DNA from: Nemertoderma westbladi
Lineage: Eukaryota > Animalia > Xenacoelomorpha
Length of the DNA: 34,404 nt
Direction: 5' to 3'
Assembly (NCBI GenBank): GCA_032718475.1
Contig: JAUCBJ010005416.1
Location: 1 to 34,404 of the forward strand
The position numbers and the translations under genes are program-made. The notes below the pieces were generated by a model, which had not been told where the DNA came from, did not search any database, and saw only the letters and a list, made by a program, of their open reading frames with translations. Below, piece by piece: positions 1-10,429 of this stretch (position 1 is its first letter; each line of letters opens with the position of its first letter).

Positions 1-217
1 ATAATACAGTAGGCTTGACCGCAAATAAATTTAAGCCCACGAATCCAGTCTCCCGGTGTTATAAACGGGTCATTTGGACGCGCATGGACTGGCTTCGGCT
101 AATGTTTTTTTGGTTTGTTTTGTATTAAATCTTATCATCTTATAAAAGGCAGATTATCAATAAAGACATATAAATTTCGGCAGGTTAAACTGCTGAAGGT
201 CTATAAAAGCGCGTACA
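1..217 (-). mobile_element. Terminal part of a second, diverged copy of the solo-LTR-like element at 16590-17841 (opposite orientation, runs off the window)
   Basis: The reverse complement of 1-217 (TGTACGCGCTTTTATAGACCTTCAGCAGTTTAACCTGCC...AAGCCTACTGTATTAT) aligns end to end with 16590-16807. Confidence 0.8.
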
Positions 218-250
218 GAGGTCGTGGGTTCAATCCCTGTATGAGGGCCA
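218..250 (+). mobile_element. 3' half of a tRNA-like (SINE head) sequence abutting the element end
   Basis: GAGGTCGTGGGTTCAATCCCTGTATGAGGGCCA: T-arm/B-box-like sequence. Confidence 0.45.
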
Positions 251-468
251 GGGCAGTTTTCGTTTCGAGACGAATGAATGCTTTTAATAGCCTAGCCTGC
301 TAGCCAGGTCGCATCTCTCTCTGCATCCTTTTTAGTGGTTAGTTAGCTAATTGAGTAGGCCTAGCTAGGCCTACTGCTGTTTCATCTTGGGGGTATAATT
401 ATGGGAACCGCCATGAAAAAAAACGTCATAATTTATACGCAATCCCTGGCCTAACGGCCGAAGAAAAC

Positions 469-546
469 TTTAATTTAAACATTAAACAATTTTTTAAACC
501 ATTTATTTTAATTTAAACATTAAACAATTTTTTAAACCATTTATTT
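469..546. repeat. Tandem duplication of about 38 bp
   Basis: tttaatttaaacattaaacaattttttaaaccatttat occurs twice in direct succession. Confidence 0.85.
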
Positions 547-984
547 TCAGCTATTTTACTTTTTAATGCGATCATGTAAAGTTAACATAATTCAATAAAC
601 TTACCTCGAATGCGCGTAAGGCCAATGATAGAGCCCCAATTTTTTCATCCAGTGTGAACGTAACTGAGACGCCTGCTCCCGGATTTGGAATGTTCTTCGC
701 ATACATGGTAGATAATAAATCGTTCATCGAAATTGTAAAAATTATTTCACAATAATACTGTTTAATATGCAAATTATATTTTCAAAATTTGAAATCCAGT
801 TGTGTTTCAATTAGGGTAAATAAACTTTATTAACGATACACGTCAATATTTTGAGTTAAAGCGTTATTCACCGAGTTTTTGACCTACCGTGCGAGCGCAG
901 CGAGGGAAGTTTGCACAAATAAACTCGGTACCTAACTGGAAATTATTCAAATCCCCAAATGCCCAATTCTAATTCATGAATTTC

Positions 985-1150
985 TGAAGTCTGTCGCTCT
1001 TTCTGTCAGTTTGTCTGTGAAGACTTTAGAAATAATAAAATCTACTAACATTCTTACTATAGGGTTTTTCCTGGTCAAGGCTGGATTTCATTTCCGCTGT
1101 CAGTTTTCACTTTTGACCCTATCCAGACTGTCTGTCGGTTTGTCTGTTAT
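985..1150 (+). repeat. Dispersed copy of the monomer amplified inside the 20368-22015 element
   Basis: gtctgtc..tctttctgtcagtttgtctg..aagactt.agaaa...aaatctactaacattct...gatttcattt matches 20415-20560. A further diverged copy lies near 6890-7000. Confidence 0.7.
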
Positions 1151-1249
1151 AGTTATACGTTATAGTTTTTAACAATACATTTTTAGTCAACTCATTGGAT
1201 TGACGAACTAATTGGTTATAAATTCATATTAAGATCTCTCATTAATTGT

Positions 1250-1500
1250 AAACTATAAAGCTTGGCGTTTGTCATGTGTTGTCTCCAGCTGATGTTTAGG
1301 GCTGCCCTTAGTAGTCTTGTGTAGCAACCATCAATTCGTTGTTCAAGTGATTTAGTCAGTGTCCAGGTCTCACCCCCGTATAAAAATACACTTTCCACTG
1401 TGGCTCGAAAGAACTTAGTCTTCAGGTGCCTGGAGAGATCTGATTTCCAGATGGAATCCATTTTTGATAGAGCTACACAAGCCACTGAAAGACCTCGTCC
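1250..1500 (-). mobile_element. RTE-like non-LTR retrotransposon fragment (region C-terminal to RT)
   Basis: IWKSDLSRHLKTKFFRATVESVFLYGGETWTLTKSLEQRIDGCYTRLLRAALNISWRQHMTNAKLY. Confidence 0.85.
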
Positions 1501-2235
1501 CTAAGTGGTACACCAGGCTGGGGTCGATAAATCAGCTACTGGAACAGAAAACAGAGAAGAAAAAAGAACCAACCTGTTGAAATGTAAACAGACACTAAAA
1601 GATTGCTACAATGAACGCACGCACGCTGAAAGTACAGGTTATAAGACTGAAATAAGCGCTTTAAAGCACTTACTAAAAATAAATTAAAAAAATAAAAAAT
1701 CTTCATATATAACATTCAAATAAAAAGTTGACCGAAAAGTGAAATCCTGGTATTCTTCACATGGGCGCATTATTTATATTTTTCATTTTAGAATTGAGAC
1801 AAAAACTCTTTCTCGCCAAAAGATTACTTGGGATGAATGACTGACAACCGTAATGTTTGGGTTTATATAATACGTTGCAACCGCAAACAACACATGGCGT
1901 GCTCTAATGAACATTCACCTGACTTCTTCAAAACACGCCCCATATATTATGACGTCATAGATGTATCTAGTATTCCTTTGTATTAAATAACCAACGCCCT
2001 AGTTATAGGATATATACTCCCTGGACGTCATTGTACACTAATCGTACCTGAGGAACTTGAAGTAGAGGGATATGGATTGTTTGGTCTTGGAGTAGAGAGA
2101 TATTATTAAGGTAGAAGTTGTGAAAAATTACGTAATTACTCATAACAAGCGCGAAATCGCGCAAAAGTCCGCGTCTACTAACGCATGAACTGTCTCTTGA
2201 ATGGCTTACTACCAATCGTACAACAAAAATCATTC

Positions 2236-2308
2236 ACCGGAATGGGGGATTGGACTCGGTACCTAGAGATTCCATGTCTCACGCTCTGCCAACTGAGCCA
2301 CTGGGGCC
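2236..2308 (-). mobile_element. tRNA-derived SINE head / tRNA pseudogene
   Basis: GGCCCCAGTGGCTCAGTTGGCAGAGCG (A box) ... GAGTCCAATCCC (degenerate B box); no acceptor-stem pairing. Confidence 0.6.
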
Positions 2309-2329
2309 GTATCAATCCCTAATACCAAA

Positions 2330-2522
2330 ATATCCCGCCTCAATGTTAAATTCTCCATTTAGGAAAAGGAGCAGGTTACAGTGGCACGTTATTTTAACCA
2401 AAACAATAAACTAAGCACAATAGAACAGGTTACAGTTTCATTTTTGAGAATAATCAGCTATTATTTGCATCCAATTTCCCCTGGAGAGGGATAAATTATT
2501 TTTTTGCGTCCAGTTTCCCCCC
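2330..2522 (+). mobile_element. Partial copy of a MITE-like family (module A)
   Basis: atatcccgcctcaatgttaaattc...ggagcaggttacagtggcacgttatttt...ttgcgtccagtt is near-identical to 7565-7750 and to the reverse complement of 32120-32330. Confidence 0.8.
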
Positions 2523-3277
2523 TCTGTAAATATCAGCACTTTAACTATGCAGTGTGACTCATGCGTTCAAAGCCAACGAATTACCAAATAATTAGATGCA
2601 GCCATCTAGACGACCGGGTGACTAACCGTATGACATTGAAGGAGTGAGTCACACTGTATCAATATGAGTGCCGGATCTCTATAAATAAGCCACATGCTGT
2701 GCTGCGTTCTCCGATTGGCTAAGGATAACTTTCGTGGAAAGTAGAAATCATGGGGAAGATGCAAAAAGGGGAAGGAACTGTATACGTCATCTGGGAGGCT
2801 CATGGTGAACCAATCGCAAACGTTCTAAAATCTCCACTACTTAAATGCTCCACGAATTTCAAAGCCCTGGTTGTGTTTCCACGTTACAAAGGAGAACTTA
2901 CGTGGTAATGACTATCTGGGGTTGCAAACTATACACATTCTGTTAGAGTTGGATCTGAAGAAAGTCGGTACATGACCCTAAGTAGGAATAATTATGGATC
3001 AGAAAAACTTATTTAAAGCTCAGGTATGCAACGAAACAATTTGAATCACATCAGGCATCATGTATAGGGATTATTGTTGCGATGGTTTACGGCGACAATC
3101 ATTTTTATAGAGTAAGTCATACTACTCTATAGGCCATTCATGGATATGCCATTCTTTCAGATCTTTGTAAAACGACCCATGATTCCTTAAGAAATCATTG
3201 GTGCGATCACATCAATATATCCATATATATCCATACAATATATCCAGACTAATTTGAAGTTTTGAGGGGTTCTGATG

Positions 3278-4287
3278 CACAGTAAACCCTTCCACTCTGT
3301 TTCTTAAAGGAATGCCTGTTCACTACCATAGGTGATCTTCCACAGTAAACCCTTCCACTCTGTTTCCTATATAAATGCCTGTTCTCCACCATAGGTGATC
3401 TTCCACAGTAAACCCTTCCACTCTGTTTCCTAAAGGAATGCCTGTTCACCACCATGGGTGATCTTCCATAGTAAACCCTTCCACTCTGTTTCCTAAAGGA
3501 ATACCTTTTCACCACCATGGGTGATCTTCCACAGTAAACCCTTCCACTCTGTTTCCTAAAGGAATGCCTGTTCACCACCATGGGTGATCTTCCATAGTAA
3601 ACCCTTCCACTCTGTTTCCTAAAGGAATACCTGTTCACCACCATGGGTGATCTTCCACAGTAAACCCTTCCACTCTGTTTCCTAAAGGAATGCCTGTTTA
3701 CCACCATGGGTGATCTTCCACAGTAAACCCTTCCACTCTGTTTCCTAAAGGAATGCCTGTTAACAACCATGGGTGATCTTCCGCAGTAAACCCTTCCGCT
3801 CTGTTTCCTAAAGGAATGCCTGTTCACCACCATGGGTGATCTTCCGCAGTAAACCCTTCCGCTCTGTTTCCTAAAGGAATACCTGTTCACCACCATGGGT
3901 GATCTTCCACAGTAAACCCTTCCACTCTGTTTCCTAAAGGAATGCCTGTTCACCACCATGAGTGATCTTACACAGTAAACCCTCCACTCTGTTTCCTAAA
4001 GGAATGCCTGCTCACCACCATGGGTGATCTTCCACAGTAAACCCTTCCACTCTGTTTCCTAAATGAATGCCTGTTCACCTCCATGGGTGATCTTCCACAG
4101 TAAACCCTTCCACTATGTTTCCTAAAGGAATGCCTGTTCACTACCATGGGTGATCTTCCACAGTAAACCCTTCCACTCTGTTTCCTAAAGGAATGCCTGT
4201 TCACCACCATGGGTGATCTTCCACAGTAAACCCTTCCACTCTGTTTCCTAAAGGAATTCCTGTTCACCAAAAATAGGTGATCTTCCA
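3278..4287. repeat. 63-bp minisatellite, about 16 copies
   Basis: Unit cacagtaaacccttccactctgtttcctaaaggaatgcctgttcaccaccatgggtgatcttc, head to tail with no spacers. Confidence 0.97.
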
Positions 4288-4366
4288 CCTTAAACCTTTT
4301 TCAAGTCTGATTTCCAAGTTACGTTTGTTCCTATTCGTCGACCAGTCAAGGATGATGACCAGGGTT

Positions 4367-4416
4367 GAGCTAGGCTGCAACATGTAAATAGCGCTTTACA
4401 TGTTGCAGCCTAGCTC
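4367..4416. repeat. Perfect inverted repeat, 22-bp arms, 6-nt loop
   Basis: gagctaggctgcaacatgtaaa-tagcgc-tttacatgttgcagcctagctc. Confidence 0.9.
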
Positions 4417-4647
4417 TTAAGAGTGCTACTCCTTCTAGGGCTCGAACATCGGTCTGCTGATTGCAAGTCTATGAAAATCACCACTATTTCAAGTAAAAAA
4501 TAAATTAATAAAATAAAAGCTGCTTGATTTATCTCAATATCGCTTGAGATTTTATTCTTCAATATGACGGCTTAGCTGATTACCTTGTTGGCTACTAATT
4601 GTGGACTACTACTACTAGGATCAGCATGCTGCATTGCAGCTGCATTT

Positions 4648-4960
4648 TTAAGAATGCTGTGCCGGCTTATCGACAAAATTGCACCGCCACAACTCCCTAT
4701 CACCCATGACATTTGCTAGATCATCCGCATCTTCAAGGCCAGTTTCCTTTAAGATGCGTCTCAAGAAAGTCATGGGCTGTCCACCATGCTTATTCACCAC
4801 ATGCGGCTGCCAAAGTACAAGATTATTCACTGGCTGGTCCTCACGGCGAAAGCAATGTCCTGCAAAGCGGAGGCGATTATGTTCTAGTGTCAAGCTTGGG
4901 GGAACCAATCCTCCAATGTTATATAGTGTCTGGTTGTAGACGAGTTCAGTTTAGTTCCTG
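4648..4960 (-). mobile_element. RTE-like non-LTR retrotransposon ORF C-terminal fragment
   Basis: RLRFAGHCFRREDQPVNNLVLWQP...DLANVMGDRELWR, a typical RTE-like C-terminus. Confidence 0.85.
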
Positions 4961-5839
4961 TTCCTGGGTTCATGGAAAAGTAGCTCGGCTGAAGGCATCC
5001 TCATCCACATGTTAAAAGTATTATCTGCCACCAAGAAGCTGAATTGGCATAATCTGGAAGTCAGACCATTTGGGTACTTTATTAAAGAAAATTCCTTGCA
5101 GAAAGTTTACGCTGTTACAGTACAACTGCTCTGTTCTATACGTGATTACTTAGGCCTACTGGTTTGGTTCGTAAAGCTGCATTTATAAAAACTAATATTC
5201 ATTTTTTCGAAGAAAGTGCCATAAAACGCTGGCATCATTTTCTTCTGTATGTAGTCTCAAATGTTACTCTCAAATAAATACAAGGAACAACTTAATTTTA
5301 ATTGCGTCAAGTCCCTCTATCTGATATGTCTGTGTGAAAGTCTCTCTATTTTATAAAGATTCAAAATGACGTATGAATTAAATTCAAAATTCACAAACAT
5401 TATCTTACAGGTTTCCTCAAAGAGTACGTTGCAGTTAATAGCCAAATGCTAAGTACAGTTTTATTATGAAGCTGTTATAAGTAAATAGTAAAGTTTTCGT
5501 AGCAACAGATTGTTACGTAACTGTAGTAACTAACTAACACCTGTTGTTGTAATAAATTACATAAATAATTTTAATAAATTAACCCACGCAGCAAAATGAC
5601 AATGAATCTTCTTAGTTATTTTGTCATAGGAAAGCCTGTTCCATCCACCCACGCTACACACATACAAACGCGGTAGATCTTTGATCAAAATAAACTTTAT
5701 CAAAAAAATGTTTATTGTTAAATTTATATAACTTGAACTTCAACATGTGAGACAGGGACGGAACTCACTTCTAGGCGATTTCATATTTCCCTCAATGATA
5801 AACAAGGAAGAAACTGACTTACAGACCAGATAACGAACA

Positions 5840-5980
5840 CAATGTTGGAAGTTGAAATTTGGAAGTCCCATAGAATAAAACAGAATATCAAGGTATGAAT
5901 ATTTAGGGCAGCAGTAGAACCATTACTCCTATATGGGGGCCCATAATGGGCACTAACTGCAGAGGATATGAACGACACAA
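5840..5980 (+). mobile_element. Decayed RTE-like fragment
   Basis: Plus-strand frame EIWKSHRIKQNIKV*IFRAAVEPLLLYGGP*WALT, homologous to the 1250-1500 peptide, with stops. Confidence 0.7.
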
Positions 5981-7217
5981 GCAGGTAATATAGGCTATTA
6001 TGGTAAAACGCCCAATAATTACCAAATTATAATACCAAAGAGCGATTAGATGTGAGTAATTGTTAATAATGCCTTGTGTCAAATATCATATTTATAATAA
6101 TTAGCAACCCGATTAGTATTCATTGCTTGAATAAAAAACGGCTTTTAAATAAAAGTTAAAATCATATTTATTTTAGTTTTAAGTCACAACATTTCACTAT
6201 ATTATAAGTATCATCATTGAAACAATAATAAGTAAAAAAAACACTGTTTACTTGGTTAAGCTGTATGGTATATTGGTATCGCTAACTTTTTATATAGGCC
6301 TACTAACAATTACCGACTAATTCCACGTTTCAGAAAAATTAATAGTACGCTATATAAATAATTATTTGGAAATAATTTCAATATTTTGTTAAGCAGGGGG
6401 GGGGGGGGGGGGGTTGGTTAGAAGATTTTTACGTAAGTTGCGTAAGTCAATACCATCCGTAGTGTTATTTAGTGTCCACCCAATTTGGTGAAGACCAAAG
6501 TGCGACACAAATTGAAGTTTGAAAAAATTTGTCTCCCTCTGGCGGCGTGTGACTGAATTATATACTTAACTAAAAACATCTCTATAGTCCCTTGATGTTT
6601 ATCTAAATTTTTGTTTTGGAAACTTTCCAACAATTTTAAATTAAATATGATTAAGAATTTATTTCAACAAAACATTTCTTATGCTGGAGAATTTTTCAAA
6701 AGATTTTCAAAAAACCTTTCAAATTAGTCATAAATTATCGAATTTGGGCGAAAAATTACAGAAAATATAATTCCGAAATAATTTCCTTTAAAATATTGAG
6801 CCTTCCCGCTCAGAACTCTCTTTCAGGGATTTAGTAAGTTTTTGTTACGTTACCAGTAGTAATGTCTGGCACTACTAAGGCTGTACAACAAAATTTCATC
6901 GTTATGGGGGTTTTTGTGGTCGGTGATTTCATTTGATATGTCAATTTTTTGTTTGATGGGAACTAGTCTGCCTCTTTAATGGTTTGTCTGTCTGTCTGTA
7001 TTCTCAAAATTTGACGGACGAATTGGTGGACGATTTAAGTTATATTTAAATTTAAATAGTTTCAGCAGATGTTCAAACTCTAATCGAACCATCAAAAATA
7101 ATTATTATTGAGTTGCCATAATTATTCATATTAACTATAGGATGCATTGCAATTGGTAGAGATTTCGGATAAAGTATATTATTGTAACTAATCGTAGAGG
7201 TTGGGTCGGCAATATTC

Positions 7218-7456
7218 TACACTTCGAAAGTGAAAACACTTCGAAAAGACAGGGGTAGCCTAAATAATTCGAAATGATAAATACTTCGAAATTGTAAACA
7301 CCACTTCGAAATGCCAGGTAAATAATTCGAAATGGTAAACAGTTTGAAAACCAAGTAAAGACTTCGAAATAGTAAACACTTCTAAAAGCCAGGTAAATAC
7401 TTCGACAGAGCAAACACTTCGAAGGTGTGTAAACAAAAGATAAACAATTCGAAACA
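7218..7456. repeat. Degenerate tandem repeat of about 18-22 bp with a (A/C)TTCGAAA core
   Basis: About 12 recurrences of gtaaacacttcgaaa / taaataattcgaaa-like units. Confidence 0.75.
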
Positions 7457-7502
7457 ATTTTGGTCGCGAAATAAATATGAAAAATATCGTGTATATAACT
7501 GC

Positions 7503-7782
7503 TACGGAGAGACAGGGGGGGGGGGGGGGGGGGGACTGGACGCAAAAACCGCCTTGGCGAATTAATATCCCGCCTCAATGTTAAATTCCCAATTAGGGAA
7601 AGGAGCAGGTTACAGTGGCACGTTATTTTCACCAAAACAATAAACTAAACACAATAGAACATGTTAGAGGTTTATTTTTTAGAATAATCAGCTGTTATTT
7701 GCGTCGATTTTCCCCTGGAGATGGATTAATTTTTATTGCGTCCAGTTCCCCCCCCCCCCCCTCCTCCCTATCTGGCTTCGGA
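7503..7782 (+). mobile_element. MITE-like element (module A) with poly-G/poly-C ends
   Basis: Inverted ends GnACTGGACGCAA ... TTGCGTCCAGTTCn. Homologues at 2330, 32099 (reverse) and in part at 18886 and 34240. Confidence 0.75.
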
Positions 7783-8180
7783 ATAATAATTCATTTAGCG
7801 CGTTAAAAGATATTATTTAAAGTGTTCGTTGCTGTTTCAGGACAAAATGGGAGGACTTCGAACAATATACAAAAATATACAAAAAAATGCAAATAACAGA
7901 TTCATGTATGAAATGGGCTGAATTTAAACATCGTCATTGTCCAGCAAATACGTTCATTTTTTAATGAACAAACTTCATTTTGGTTTGGTGTCAGACATTG
8001 TATTAATTTTTGATGTACTCGGACACTCACCTCGGAACCCTGGTTTGTGGAATACACTGAAAAAACGAACCGACGGTTGTTTAAAAAAAAACCACCGGTT
8101 TTCAAAAAAACCACCGATTAAATTGGGGACAAAAAAAACGGCGGTTTATTTTGAAGAACCGGTGGTTAATTATAAGAGTA

Positions 8181-8668
8181 TAAACTGGCGGTTGTTATGC
8201 TATTATAAACTGGCGGTTGTTATGCTATTATAAACTGGCGGTTGTTATGCTATTATAAACTGGCGGTTGTTATGCTATTATAAACTGGCGGTTGTTATGC
8301 TATTATAAACTGGCGGTTGTTATGCTATTATAAACTGGCGGTTGTTATGCTATTATAAACTGGCGGTTGTTATGCTATTATAAACTGGCGGTTGTTATGC
8401 TATTATAAACTGGCGGTTGTTATGCTATTATAAACTGGCGGTTGTTATGCTATTATAAACTGGCGGTTGTTATGCTATTATAAACTGGCGGTTGTTATGC
8501 TATTATAAACTGGCGGTTGTTATGCTATTATAAACTGGCGGTTGTTATGCTATTATAAACTGGCGGTTGTTATGCTATTATAAACTGGCGGTTGTTATGC
8601 TATTATAAACTGGCGGTTGTTATGCTATTATAAACTGGCGGTTGTTATGCTATTATAAACTGGCGGTT
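8181..8668. repeat. 25-bp minisatellite, 19 identical copies plus a partial copy
   Basis: Unit taaactggcggttgttatgctatta; degenerate units continue to about 8735. Confidence 0.97.
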
Positions 8669-8856
8669 ATGAAATTATAACTGGCGGTTGTTATGAAAAC
8701 GGGCGGTTGTTATGAAAATGGCCGGTTGTTATGAAATTCTAAACTCGTATAAAACCATATTATAATATATTGAATTATTGACCCAATATATATTTACATA
8801 CCCATAAATGGATATTATATTTATATACATAAAAAATATGTAATTAGATAGAGAAT

Positions 8857-9205
8857 AATTCTAATTATAACGAAAAAAAAAACAGATCGTATCATAGTTT
8901 CCCAATATATATCACAATAATTGATGCCTTATAGTTCAGTTAGTATTCCCGGCGGTAGGTCTAGTTCAGGTCTAATTCTAATTATAACGAAAAAAAACAG
9001 ATCGTATCATAGTTTCCCAATATATATCACAATAATTGATGCATTATAGTTCAGTTAGTATTCCCGGCGGTAGGTCTAGTTCAGGTCTAATTCTAATTAT
9101 AACGAAAAAAAACAGATCGTATCATAGTTTCCCAATATATATCACAATAATTGATGCATTATAGTTCAGTTAGTATTCCCGGCGGTAGATCTAGTTCAGG
9201 TCTAA
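8857..9205. repeat. 115-117-bp triple tandem repeat containing the PWWP ORF stop codon and 3' flank
   Basis: Units start at 8857, 8974 and 9089 (aattctaattataacg...ctagttcaggtct). Confidence 0.93.
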
Positions 9206-9478
9206 CTCATTTTCTATTTCTTGTATTCCTGCAACAAATGCTGGTCTCGAGCACTTCTTCGAAAATTCGTGCCGATATTCCATATATGGAAACAAATAAA
9301 GACCCCGTACATCCTTCACCCATGCGGCATCCTTTGATCCATAAAAGTAGACCCATAAACATTTACCCATCTTTAATCCCGGAGGATCGGCCATGGCTGG
9401 TGGAGCAGAAATACGACCAGGCCATGGTGTATCCTTTTTGCGCATTTTCGCCCACACCAGATCACCAATCCTCATCAT
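9191..9478 (-). CDS. Stand-alone PWWP-domain ORF (GLYR1/NP60- or HDGF-like), transposon cargo
   Basis: MRIGDLVWAKMRKKDTPWPGRISAPP...KCLWVYFYGSKDAAWV...LFPY..YRHEF.K..RPAFVAGIQEIE covers the whole PWWP beta-barrel plus helices. It is uninterrupted and GC-richer than its flanks. Expression unknown. Confidence 0.8.
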   Translation of the reverse strand: MMRIGDLVWAKMRKKDTPWPGRISAPPAMADPPGLKMGKCLWVYFYGSKDAAWVKDVRGLYLFPYMEYRHEFSKKCSRPAFVAGIQEIENELDLN

Positions 9479-9534
9479 TTGCGACTCATCTGACTCCAGA
9501 CCAGAACTGGTCTGGCTCTGGTATTAAGATTGAA

Positions 9535-9880
9535 TAAAGAATGATTTCTCACTAAAATCTAGTTTAGTTTACCGACACTTTTGTATTTCTTCAAACCGCC
9601 GGTTAATGGGAAAAATTCCTTTGGAAAACCGGCATTTGTCCGAATATAACCGCCACTTTTGTAATTTTCTTCAAACCGCCAGTTTTAAAGGAATGATTTC
9701 TCACTAAAACCGGCAGTTAGTTAACCGCCATTTTGTATTTCTTTGTTTCTTCAAACCGCCGGTTAATGGGAAATTATAACTGTGAAAAACCGGCATTTTT
9801 CCGAATATAACCGCCACTTTTGTAATTTTCTTCAAACCGCCAGTTTTAAAGGAATGATTTCTCACTAAAACCGGCAGTAG
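9535..9880. repeat. Tandem duplication of about 160 bp in the right arm of the CACTG element
   Basis: gaatgatttctcactaaaa occurs three times; tttcttcaaaccgccggttaatgggaaa...ccgaatataaccgccacttttgtaattttcttcaaaccgccagttttaaag occurs twice. Confidence 0.85.
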
Positions 9881-10429
9881 CATGATATAACCAACTGTTT
9901 GATATTTTGACTTATATTAACAATAAATTCACCTAAACTAACTCACTCATGAACCGGCAGTTTTAATTATCAACCGACGGTTTATGAATGCCTTTGATTA
10001 ACATTTTATGCTAACCCCGGTTTTGAAATTTCTACCACCAGTACTTAAATACAACCACTGGTTAATAATTCGACCGGCACTTGGTTTTTTCAGTGTATGC
10101 TACTTTTGAAGTATTCACCATAAACTCTATTAAATCAGGTTTCAATAGCAATGAATCTAACATGCGATTTTCTGCCATGAATCGAGTTTTTACAGTTTTG
10201 AATGTTATATTTACAATTTAGTGTCGCTTTCATGCGACCTGATAAGAACCAAGCAAGCAGTTAGCCTTCTATGACAGAAATTGTTTTCTAAAGGAAGTCA
10301 AATATCTAAGAATAATTCCACTTCCAGAAATATTGCAATAAATCGTTAGTCATTAACGTTATTCTTGTATCCTAGGCAACCATCGAATTGTATTAACTGT
10401 ATTATCAACCAATTACAATATAGTCCAAT

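Larger units (their letters stand above)
8055..10095. mobile_element. Non-autonomous CMC/EnSpm (CACTA)-like DNA transposon, 2041 bp
   Basis: TIR CACTGAAAAAAC ... GTTTTTTCAGTG (12 bp perfect, 14/15), flanked by TA on both sides. Subterminal motif GGCGGTT in the left arm and the inverse AACCGCC in the right arm. No transposase. Confidence 0.8.

Noticed and set aside
2880-3260. Very old RT remnant on the minus strand
   Set aside because: Only vague motif echoes (TDFLQIQ); too degraded to support by eye.
3278-4287. C2H2 zinc-finger array (THGGEKVF linker-like frame)
   Set aside because: The unit is 21 aa, not 28; that frame has a TAG in almost every unit and lacks the Cys pair.
7218-7456. Heat-shock element cluster
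   Set aside because: TTCGAA lacks the nGAAnnTTCn spacing; better explained as a degenerate minisatellite.
7135-7635. 166-aa and other short ORFs over MITEs and poly-G tracts (also 33891-34244)
   Set aside because: They span repeats, have low-complexity translations, and show no domain or splice support.
9151-9537. 128-aa plus-strand ORF
   Set aside because: Antisense shadow of the PWWP ORF with no recognisable motif.
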